From positions 2,496,001 to 2,560,000 of the forward strand of contig OY970192.1 of NCBI GenBank assembly GCA_963708135.1: DNA of 64,000 bases, given 5' to 3'. This stretch comes from an uncultured Gemmatimonadales bacterium. GTDB lineage: Bacteria; Gemmatimonadota; Gemmatimonadetes; Longimicrobiales; RSA9. Positions 19,180 to 27,113 of the stretch are shown here, in pieces. The notes below the pieces were generated by a model, which ran no database searches, was not told the origin of the DNA, and was given only the letters and a program-made list of their open reading frames with translations. The translations under genes were made by a program, and so were the position numbers. Each line of letters starts with the position of its first letter. The first letter of the stretch is position 1.

Positions 19180-19893
19180 CTACTCGGGCGCCCGGGCGAT
19201 GTAGAGCCCCCGCCCGTCCAGCCCCGCCGTGTCGTGCTCCACGAGCCGCAGCCCCGCCCCCTCGATCGCCCCTTCCAGCTCGGCCCCCGTGAACAGCCCC
19301 AGCTCGTGGGTCTCCGTGGTGTGCGTGATCCCGGACTCGCGGCCGATCAGGTAGTGGAACTCGATGACCGAGATCGAGCCCCGCTGCGTCGAGTGGCTCA
19401 TGCGGCACACCTTCACCCCGGCCGCCTCGCCCGTGTGGATGTAGACCGAGCCGACCCGCCACTGCTCGGGCTCGAACCACGGCTCAACGACGACGACACC
19501 CCCCGGCGCCAGGTGCCGCCGGAAGCCGGCCAGCGTGCGCTCCACGTTCTCCAGCGTCTTCACGTACGCGACCGAGCTGAACAGGCACAGCACCGCGTCG
19601 TAGCGCCGCCCGAGATCGAAGCTCATCATGTCGCCCTGCACGAACCGGCCGCCCGGGTTCTTCGCCGCCGCCAGCCGCACGAAGGCGGGCTCGATGTCCA
19701 GCCCATCCACCGCGTAGCCGTGCTCCGCCGCGAGGAGCCGCGCGTGCTCGCCCGTGCCGCAGCCCACGTCCAGCACGGTCCTCGCCCCGGGCACCAGCCG
19801 CCCGAGCAGCTCCGCGATGCGCCCCGCCTCGGCCCCGTAATCCTTGAACTGGCCATAGACAATGTCGTACAGCTCTGCGGACTCGGTGAACAT
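19180..19893 (-). CDS. SAM-dependent methyltransferase resembling TylM1/DesVI aminosugar N-methyltransferases
   Basis: Start MFTESAELYD (GGAGG RBS); LDVGCGTG, GDM..FDLGRRYDAV.CLFSS, VVEPWF, RMSHS. Confidence 0.82.
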   Translation of the reverse strand: MFTESAELYDIVYGQFKDYGAEAGRIAELLGRLVPGARTVLDVGCGTGEHARLLAAEHGYAVDGLDIEPAFVRLAAAKNPGGRFVQGDMMSFDLGRRYDAVLCLFSSVAYVKTLENVERTLAGFRRHLAPGGVVVVEPWFEPEQWRVGSVYIHTGEAAGVKVCRMSHSTQRGSISVIEFHYLIGRESGITHTTETHELGLFTGAELEGAIEGAGLRLVEHDTAGLDGRGLYIARAPE

Positions 19894-20079
19894 CGGCCTC
19901 CGCGGTGCGGGTCGGCCCCGGTGGCGGGCATGCCGGGCGTCTCGGAGCGCACGACGAATAGCCACGCGCCCCATCGCGCCCTTGTCTAGCTCCGGTGCCT
20001 GTGCCTCAATGCCCCGAGCCTACACGCCGATCGATCCATCCAGGCGCCGGGGGTTCGGCAGCGGCCGCCTCCGCCCGCC

Positions 20080-22689
20080 TCACCCGCATTCCGAGTACCC
20101 GCAGCTCATGCACTTCACGCACCCCTCCATGAACTGGAGGTCGCTCGAGCACTCGGGGCAGGTGCCGATGAAGGTCTCGCCGGGGTCGTAGTCGAAGTCG
20201 AAGGTCAACTGCGGCTCCGCTTGCGCCTGCGCTTGCGCTTGCGTTTGCGCTTGCGTTTGCGCTTGCGTCCCCGGCGCGGCCCCGCCCGCAGGCGCACCCA
20301 CGCCCGGCATCGGCAGCTCCTGCTGCACGCCCTCCTTCTCGCGCATGTGGTTGGCGATGGCCTGCGCGATGGCATCCGGCACGGACAGCACCTTGTTCGG
20401 GCCGATGCCGACGGCGCGGTCGCAGGAGATGCCGCGCAGCTGCTGGTAGACGTCGCGGATCGGGATGCCGCTCCGCAGCGCCAGGGAGATCAGCCGCCCG
20501 ATGGCCTCCACGTCGGCCATCGCCGCGCCGCCGGCCTTCCCGAGAGTGGCGAACACCTCGAAGGGACGGCCCTGCTCGTCCTCGTTGATCGTGACGTACA
20601 GGTCGCCGAGCGGGGACTGCATGCGCCGCGTGGTGCCCGCGAGCTTCGAGGGGCGGGAGCGCTTCTGGCGACGCCGCGAGGCGCGCACCTCCGTGACCTC
20701 CAGCTCGTGACGCGTCTCGTCCAACTCGTGCTCGAGCTTGTTCACGTACTCGCGCAGGTCGGCCACCTCGTGCTCTAGCTCGGGCGAGCGCACGCCCTGC
20801 CCGCCCGCCACCTCCCTGGCCGTCTTGCCCGTGGAGAGCACCTGCTGCGGGCGCGCGCCGTCGCGGTAGACGGTCACACCCTTGCAGTCGAGCTCGTAGG
20901 CCTGGAGGTAGATCTCGCGCACATCGGCCTGTGTGGCCTCGTGCGCGAAGTTGCAGGTCTTCGAGATCGCGCTGTCCACGTACTCCTGGAAGGCCGCCTG
21001 CATGCGGATGTGCCAGGAGGGGATCACATCGTGGGCGGTGACGAAGACGCGCTGCACGTCGGCCGGCACCTCATCCATGTGGATGTGGCCCTCGCTCGCG
21101 ATGCGCGCCATGAGCGTCTCGCTGAACCAGCCCTGATCCCGCGCCACGCGCACGAAGTCCTTGTTCACGTCCGGCATGAGCGAGCCGGCCTGGTTCCTCA
21201 TGAACGCCACCGCGAACAGCGGCTCGATGCCGCCCGAGCAGTCCGCAAAGATCGAGATGGTGCCGGTGGGCGCGACCGTGTTCACGTTGCAGTTCCGGAG
21301 CGCGCGCATCGGGCGAATGCGCGAGCCATCGTCGGCCCGCGCACAGGTCTCATCGCTCCCCCAGATGCTCCGGTCCCAGGCAGGGAAGACCCCTCGCTGC
21401 TCCGCGAGCTTCTCCGATGCGCGCTTGGATTCCTCGTCCACGAACCGCATGAGCGTGCGGGCGGCCTCGATGCCCTCATCGCTGTTGTAGGGAATGCCGG
21501 TGCGGACCAGCAGGTCCGCCCAGCCCATGACACCCAGCCCGATGCGCCGGATCGTGTGCGCCAGCTCGTGGATCTCGGCCAGCGGGTACTGGTTCGCGTC
21601 GATCACGTTGTCCAGGAAATGCACCGCCAGGTGCACCACCTGCCGCAGCCCGTCCCAGTCCACCTTCTCCTCGAACGGCCACGCGGCATCCGCCTCCCGC
21701 TTCGCGTACGCCCCCACGTTCACGCTGCCCAGGTTGCACACGTCGTAGGCCAGCAGCGGCTGCTCGCCGCACGGGTTCGTCGCCTCGTAGCGGCCCAGCT
21801 GCGGCACCGGGTTGTAACGGTTCGCCTTGTCCACGAAGAACACCCCCGGCTCCCCCGTCGCCCATGCCCCGTGGATGATCAGGTCGAAGATCTCGTTCGC
21901 ATCCTCCTGCCCCACCACCGCCCCCGTGCGCGGGCTCACGAGGTCGTAGCGCTCCCCCGCCTTCACCGCCTCCATGAACGCGTCCGTCACCGCCACCGAG
22001 ATGTTGAAGTTCGTCACCTGCGTCACGTCCGCCTTGCAGGTGATGAACTCGCGGATGTCGGGATGGTCCACCCGCAGGATCCCCATGTTCGCGCCCCGCC
22101 GCGTCCCCCCCTGCTTCACCACCTCCGTCAACGCATCGTAGAGCTTCATGAACGACACCGGCCCGCTCGCCACCCCCATCGTCGACTTCACCACGTCGTT
22201 CTTCCGCCGCAGCCGGCTGAACCCGAAGCCCGTCCCCCCGCCCGACTGGTGCACCAGCGCCATCGAGCGCAGCGTGTCGTAGATGCCGTTCCGCCCGTTC
22301 GACAGCGCATCCTCCACCGGCAGGACGAAGCACGCCGACAGCTGCCCCAGCGGACGCCCCGCGTTCATCAGCGTCGGCGAGTTCGGCTCGAACAGCCGCT
22401 GCGTCATCAGCCGATAGAACTCCCGCGCCAGCGCGTCCACCGCGCCGTCGCTCGCCCCGTACTTCGCATCCTCCTGCGCGATCACGCGCGCGACCCGCCA
22501 GAACATCTGCTCCGGCTCCTCCGTCGGACGCCCCTGCTCGTCCTTCTTCAGGTAGCGCTTCGCCAGCACGATGCGCGCGTTCTCCGACAGGTCCGCCGGC
22601 GGCAGGTCGTCCGGCAGGGTCGCCACGGCGGCCTCCAGCGCCGACGCGGACACGGATGCGGATGCGGACTCCTCGGGCTTGCGGCTCAT
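20080..22689 (-). CDS. nrdJ: Adenosylcobalamin-dependent (class II) ribonucleotide reductase with C-terminal TSCPD-like domain and Zn ribbon
   Basis: PNSPTLMNAG, QLSACF, QGGTRRGANM, NPCGEQPL, APTGTIS, SKTCN, KGVTVYRDG; C-terminal CPEC...CMSC. Confidence 0.95.
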   Translation of the reverse strand: MSRKPEESASASVSASALEAAVATLPDDLPPADLSENARIVLAKRYLKKDEQGRPTEEPEQMFWRVARVIAQEDAKYGASDGAVDALAREFYRLMTQRLFEPNSPTLMNAGRPLGQLSACFVLPVEDALSNGRNGIYDTLRSMALVHQSGGGTGFGFSRLRRKNDVVKSTMGVASGPVSFMKLYDALTEVVKQGGTRRGANMGILRVDHPDIREFITCKADVTQVTNFNISVAVTDAFMEAVKAGERYDLVSPRTGAVVGQEDANEIFDLIIHGAWATGEPGVFFVDKANRYNPVPQLGRYEATNPCGEQPLLAYDVCNLGSVNVGAYAKREADAAWPFEEKVDWDGLRQVVHLAVHFLDNVIDANQYPLAEIHELAHTIRRIGLGVMGWADLLVRTGIPYNSDEGIEAARTLMRFVDEESKRASEKLAEQRGVFPAWDRSIWGSDETCARADDGSRIRPMRALRNCNVNTVAPTGTISIFADCSGGIEPLFAVAFMRNQAGSLMPDVNKDFVRVARDQGWFSETLMARIASEGHIHMDEVPADVQRVFVTAHDVIPSWHIRMQAAFQEYVDSAISKTCNFAHEATQADVREIYLQAYELDCKGVTVYRDGARPQQVLSTGKTAREVAGGQGVRSPELEHEVADLREYVNKLEHELDETRHELEVTEVRASRRRQKRSRPSKLAGTTRRMQSPLGDLYVTINEDEQGRPFEVFATLGKAGGAAMADVEAIGRLISLALRSGIPIRDVYQQLRGISCDRAVGIGPNKVLSVPDAIAQAIANHMREKEGVQQELPMPGVGAPAGGAAPGTQAQTQAQTQAQAQAQAEPQLTFDFDYDPGETFIGTCPECSSDLQFMEGCVKCMSCGYSECG
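20221..20268. repeat. Hexamer tandem repeat (TTGCGY) encoding a TQAQ/AQ linker in NrdJ
   Basis: ttgcgc ctgcgc ttgcgc ttgcgt ttgcgc ttgcgt ttgcgc ttgcgt read directly. Confidence 0.9.
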
Positions 22690-22822
22690 GATCCCTCGCT
22701 CTGCACTCTTGAAGTCTGGGACGGAAATGTGCGGAAGTTATCCCGGCGTCGGCGGTGCCCGGCAGCACCGCTCGGCAAGTCCTCTCGCCTACCCTCCGGA
22801 ACCACCCGGCCCGTGCGGGACC

Positions 22823-22871
22823 GCCCTACATGTTGTGGGGGAGTCCATGATAGGTCCACTACGCCTTGTGG
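22823..22871. promoter_or_regulatory. Tandem NrdR boxes upstream of nrdJ
   Basis: GCCCTACATGTTGTGG (22823-22838) and CCACTACGCCTTGTGG (22856-22871) match acaCwAtATaTwGtgt; 33 bp apart (about 3 helical turns). Confidence 0.75.
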
Positions 22872-23188
22872 TCAAGGGTGTCTTCCCGCTGCAACTCTGA
22901 TACCCCCGAATGTGGATTTCCATCCCCCCCGGAGCCGCTTCCCGCTCAACCGCTTGCGGGGTTCTCTACACTCTTCAACACCCTTTCCACCACCACTCCA
23001 CCACGATGTGCACAGCGGCCGGCGGGCGTGGCCGAAGCTGGGTCGGGCGGCGCCAGCCGACGGGGCTGCCCGCCGTGCGAGGGCCAGCCCCGCGGGGCGG
23101 GCGCACCCTGGACCGCGGACCGATACACACTGCGGCGCGGACCCCCGGCAGGGGCCCGCGCCGCGAAGGCATCGGCGCCATGGAGGAG

Positions 23189-23638
23189 CTACTCGGTCTC
23201 GAAGTTCCGACCGCGCCCGCGGTCGATCTCCTCCTGGCTCAGGCCGGTGGCTCGCTCGGGCCCGTCGGGGACCTCGCGCTCGACCTCCCGGCCGCGGCCG
23301 TGGCGCGGGAGCTCCCGTTCGACCTCGTGCCCGGGGCCGTGGCGCGGCGAGGGCGGCGGGCTGCCGGTCTCGCGGCCCTCGCGGCGCTGACGATCCTCCC
23401 GGCGCTCGGGCTCGCGGCGCGGGGTCTCGCGCGCACCCCCCTGGCGGACCTCCTCGCTCGGCGCGGGCTTCCGGCTGCCGCCCCGCTGGCCCGGGATCGG
23501 GCCCTCGCGGTTGCGCTCCAGGGGCGCGCCCCCACGCTGGTTGCGCTCGAGATCGTCGGGCTCGCGCGGTCGGTTCTTGTAGTCGGTGGCCCCCGCCTCC
23601 TCGGGCGCGATGCGATACTGGTCCGGGCGTTTCGGCAT
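23189..23638 (-). CDS. Hypothetical Arg/Glu-rich disordered protein
   Basis: Strong AAAGGAG RBS before MPKRPDQYRIAPEEAGATDYKN; highly charged; internal repeat HGPGHEVERELP/HGRGREVEREVP. Confidence 0.6.
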   Translation of the reverse strand: MPKRPDQYRIAPEEAGATDYKNRPREPDDLERNQRGGAPLERNREGPIPGQRGGSRKPAPSEEVRQGGARETPRREPERREDRQRREGRETGSPPPSPRHGPGHEVERELPRHGRGREVEREVPDGPERATGLSQEEIDRGRGRNFETE

Positions 23639-23726
23639 GGGGCGGCTCCTTTCATAGGCGGCCATAAATTACTGTGGTACAGTATGTTACAGGTTCCGTG
23701 CCACGAATGGATGAGGCGCGGGGGGG

Positions 23727-26700
23727 CTAGAAGGACGGTCCGAACTGGAGGTAGAAGCGGGCGGGGTGCCGGGGCTCGCCGTGGAGGGGGAAGCCGAAGC
23801 CGGCGCGGACCTCGAAGGGCGGCACGAAGAGGATGCCGAGGTCGGCGGCGAGCTCGGCGCCCGCGCCGAGGAGGACGGGATTGCCGGAGGGGCGCGCGCA
23901 GGGGCCGAGCTCGCCGGAGGCGGCGGTCTCGGCGGCGCTGCACGTCGCGTTGCCGGCGTCCAGGTAGGCGGCGGCGAAGAGTCGGTCGAGGAAGATCGGC
24001 CAGAGGGCGTGGCCCCGGCCGACGAGGGCCAGAGGCTGGCGGTACTCGAGGGAGGCGCTCCAGGCGCGCGTGCCGCGGCGGGTCCCGGCCACGAAGCCGC
24101 GCACGGGAAGCAGGCGGCTGGCGCCGAGGGAGACGCCGAGGGTGCCGGAACCCTCGCCGGAGGACCCGCCGACTGGCTCGGTCTCGGCGCCGGGGCCGGT
24201 GCGCACGATTCCGCTGAGGCGCGCGGCGAGGACCGGGTGGGCGAAGCCGGGCAGGGGCAGGGCCCGGTAGGCGGCCATCCTGCCGATGGCCTCCCGGTAT
24301 CCGCCGTTGGAGAGGGAGTCGGGGGCGAGATCCCAGCGCCGCAGGAGGCGCGCGGCGGCGACCACGCCGTCCTCGCGGCTGATGGAGAACGGCTGCACGC
24401 GGTAGTTCGCGAAGCTGGCCGAGAGGAATCCGCCGGCCAGGTCCTGCTTCGGGTGGCGGAGCGCGATACCGGTGGGGGCGTCCTCGATCTGGCGGTGGCG
24501 GTGCACGGCCTGGCCGCCGAAGGTGAGCGAGGCGGCGCTTCGCCAGTGCCGGGAGAGGAGGGTGGCATCGGCGGTATAGACATCCTCGCGCTCGAGGACG
24601 TCGCGCACGGAGTTGTCGGGCAGCGTGGCGCGGCCGAGCAGGCTCCAGTCGCTGGATGCCGCCAGCCCCAGCACGGGATTGGCGAGGCCGGCCCAGTCGT
24701 AGGCGGCGTAGCCGCGCAGCCGCTGGTGCGTGAAGTCCCAGCCGGCGCCGGCCGCCCAGGCACTCCGGCCCACGAGGTCCTGCCCGCTCGTGGAGAGGCC
24801 GAAGAAGAAGCCGACGACGGAATCGCCTCCGACGAACGGTACCCAGTAGTGCGGCAGCACGGTCGCCAGGGAGGAGTAGGCGTGCGGCCCGCGCAGCACC
24901 GCCGTGTCGGCATGGACGGGCACGATCAGCCGGATCGCCGCCACGGGCGCCGCGGCGTGCCGGCCGATGCGGGCGGGCGTGGGCTCCCGCCAGGAAGCCG
25001 GATCGAAGCGGATCCGCTCGAGGTGAAAGCCGTCCGCATGATAGCCCGCGAAGTAGATCCAGCGGCCGTCCGGCGAGATATCCGGAAAGAAGGCGCCGGT
25101 GAGCACGTTCGTCACCTGCTTCAGCAGGACGACCGCCGAGTCTCTCGCCACTACGGGCGCCACCTCCGTGTCGGCGGTGGTACCGAGCGTGTCCTGCAGG
25201 GCGGCGAGCGCGGGCGGCCGCCCGGGCGGCACGCCCCGGCCGGGGCGCTTCCCGCGGGTTGTATCGACGGGGGCGGCCGTGTCCCCGGGCGCGGCGCCCG
25301 GCTTGCGCCGCGCGGCGGGTTCGGCGGTTGTGTCCAGGGCCGCGCCGGCGACGCTGTCCGCCACGCGCGGTGCCGCGGTCTCGAGGTCCGCCGCGTAGAG
25401 GTTCGGAACGCCGTCGCGGTCGGAGGAGAACACGAGCCAGCGGTCGTCTGCGGACCAGGCCGGCGCCATGTCGAGCGCCGGGCCGCGCGTGATCTCGCGC
25501 AGGACGGTGCCGAGGGTGTCGAGGACCACCACGTCGTAGCGGCCGTCGCGGGTCCAGCGCGAGGCGGCGATGCGCGTGCCGTCATGGGACCAGCGGGGGA
25601 ACGCCCATGCCGTGTCCGGAGCGAAGCGCCCGAGCGGCCGGAGCCGGCCGGTGGGCAGGTCGTAAACGGCGAGCCGGTTGGCGCCCGGGCCGTCCTGCAC
25701 GGTCACGGCGCGGCGCCCGACGGCATCCACGTCGACCTGGGCGAGGCGGGCGCCGGAGGTGAGGCGGGACTCGTCGCCTGGCTGCTGCCGGTAGAGGTCG
25801 GAGAAGATGCGGTAGGGGCCGTCGTAGCGGAGCTGCGCCGTGAGCAGGGTGCCGCCGGGGAGCCAGGCCGCGGGATCGAGCCCGTTCCTGCGGCTCACGT
25901 CCCGCACCTGCCCGGAGGCGACGTCGAGCACGCGCGTGGCCGGCGTGCTCCGCCCGTCGCTCGCGGCGAACGCCACGCTCCGGCCATCGCGCGAGACGCG
26001 TGGGTAGAGGGCGTAGTAGCCCGCGCCCGTGAGCCGCTCGGGGGTGGTGAGGCCCGCGCCGCGGAGCGAGTCGGCCAGGGCGCCGTACTTCGCCTCGAGG
26101 TGGCGGGTCCAGTCGGCCCAGGCGGCGCTGAAAGACTCGCCCATGGCGTGCTTCGCGACGCGGTCGAACGCGAGCTCGGGCGGAATCACCGCGCCGGCGG
26201 TCGCGCGCACCAGGGCACGCTCGACCTTCATGCCGCGGGTCTCGCGCAGCCAGTCGAGGAACATCGAGCCGTAGACGTAGAAGCGGTCGCCCGCCGGCCA
26301 GATCGGGGAATCGTTGCTCGCGCGGTCGATCGGGTCCAGTCGGTGCTCGAGCACCGCCGTGCGCAGCACCATGTCGTGCCAACTGCCCCAGATCCGGCCC
26401 TCGCCCGTCTCACGCGACTCGACCAGGACGGCCAGTCCCTCGAGGTCCCAGCTCGGCACGCCTTCCACCGGGTACATCGGCCAGCTCGACGGCACGTTGC
26501 CGAAGATGCCACGCAGCATCCGCCCGAAGGGGCCGGCCTGGTTCAGGTGCACGACGTGGGTGTACTCGTGCGCGACCACCATCCCGAGCCAGTCGTCGGT
26601 GAAGGCCAGGCTCGGCACGTCCGTCGGCGGACGCGCGTAGATCACGATGTGGTCGTACGGGAACGGCGTCGCGTAGCCGTTGGTGACGTCCACGGCGTCC

Positions 26701-26960
26701 GTGAGGACGATGTCCACGGGCGCTTCCGGCGGCCGCCCGAGCTCCGCCGCCAGCCGCGCGCGCGTCCGCTCCGCCGCCGCCGCCGCATGCACCGCGAGCG
26801 GCTCCAGCCCCGGTGCGTAGGTCACCCGGAAATGCGCGCTCTCGATCGTCCGCCAGCCGAGGTTCGGCGGCAGCTGCGCGCGTGCAGGCCGCGCCGCGGT
26901 CAGCAGGAGCGCCAGCAGCGGCAGGACGCGCGCGAGTCGGGTGAGTCGGCGTTCTCGCAT
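23727..26960 (-). CDS. Outer-membrane protein: HExxH peptidase-like domain, PD40/TolB-like propeller, and C-terminal Omp85/BamA-like barrel
   Basis: Signal peptide; WRTIESAHFRV, HEYTH..downstream EG; PRVSRDGR, PRWSHDG, PAWSADDR, PDISPDGR; barrel end LPVRGF...SLEYR...GAGAEL...FYLQFGPSF (terminal Phe). Confidence 0.78.
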   Translation of the reverse strand: MRERRLTRLARVLPLLALLLTAARPARAQLPPNLGWRTIESAHFRVTYAPGLEPLAVHAAAAAERTRARLAAELGRPPEAPVDIVLTDAVDVTNGYATPFPYDHIVIYARPPTDVPSLAFTDDWLGMVVAHEYTHVVHLNQAGPFGRMLRGIFGNVPSSWPMYPVEGVPSWDLEGLAVLVESRETGEGRIWGSWHDMVLRTAVLEHRLDPIDRASNDSPIWPAGDRFYVYGSMFLDWLRETRGMKVERALVRATAGAVIPPELAFDRVAKHAMGESFSAAWADWTRHLEAKYGALADSLRGAGLTTPERLTGAGYYALYPRVSRDGRSVAFAASDGRSTPATRVLDVASGQVRDVSRRNGLDPAAWLPGGTLLTAQLRYDGPYRIFSDLYRQQPGDESRLTSGARLAQVDVDAVGRRAVTVQDGPGANRLAVYDLPTGRLRPLGRFAPDTAWAFPRWSHDGTRIAASRWTRDGRYDVVVLDTLGTVLREITRGPALDMAPAWSADDRWLVFSSDRDGVPNLYAADLETAAPRVADSVAGAALDTTAEPAARRKPGAAPGDTAAPVDTTRGKRPGRGVPPGRPPALAALQDTLGTTADTEVAPVVARDSAVVLLKQVTNVLTGAFFPDISPDGRWIYFAGYHADGFHLERIRFDPASWREPTPARIGRHAAAPVAAIRLIVPVHADTAVLRGPHAYSSLATVLPHYWVPFVGGDSVVGFFFGLSTSGQDLVGRSAWAAGAGWDFTHQRLRGYAAYDWAGLANPVLGLAASSDWSLLGRATLPDNSVRDVLEREDVYTADATLLSRHWRSAASLTFGGQAVHRHRQIEDAPTGIALRHPKQDLAGGFLSASFANYRVQPFSISREDGVVAAARLLRRWDLAPDSLSNGGYREAIGRMAAYRALPLPGFAHPVLAARLSGIVRTGPGAETEPVGGSSGEGSGTLGVSLGASRLLPVRGFVAGTRRGTRAWSASLEYRQPLALVGRGHALWPIFLDRLFAAAYLDAGNATCSAAETAASGELGPCARPSGNPVLLGAGAELAADLGILFVPPFEVRAGFGFPLHGEPRHPARFYLQFGPSF

Positions 26961-27059
26961 GGACGCTCCGGGCAGGGACCCGGGCAGATTAGGCCGTTCG
27001 CCGCTCGGGCACAATCCGGTGGGGAAGGGCGGGCTGCGGGCTGCGAGCACCGGGAAACC

Positions 27060-27112
27060 GCCTTCGCTTTCGCTTTCGCCTTCGCTTTCGGCAGTTCCCC
27101 GTGCCCGTGCCC
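27060..27112. repeat. Intergenic hexamer microsatellites (TTCGCY)n and (CCCGTG)n
   Basis: ttcgct ttcgct ttcgcc ttcgct ttcg, then cccgtg cccgtg ccc. Confidence 0.8.
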
Positions 27113-27113
27113 C

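Noticed and set aside
20080..22689. Intein or intron in nrdJ; cobalamin riboswitch upstream
   Set aside because: Core motifs are contiguous with no Hint/LAGLIDADG insertion, and no B12-box-like sequence is recognisable in the leader.
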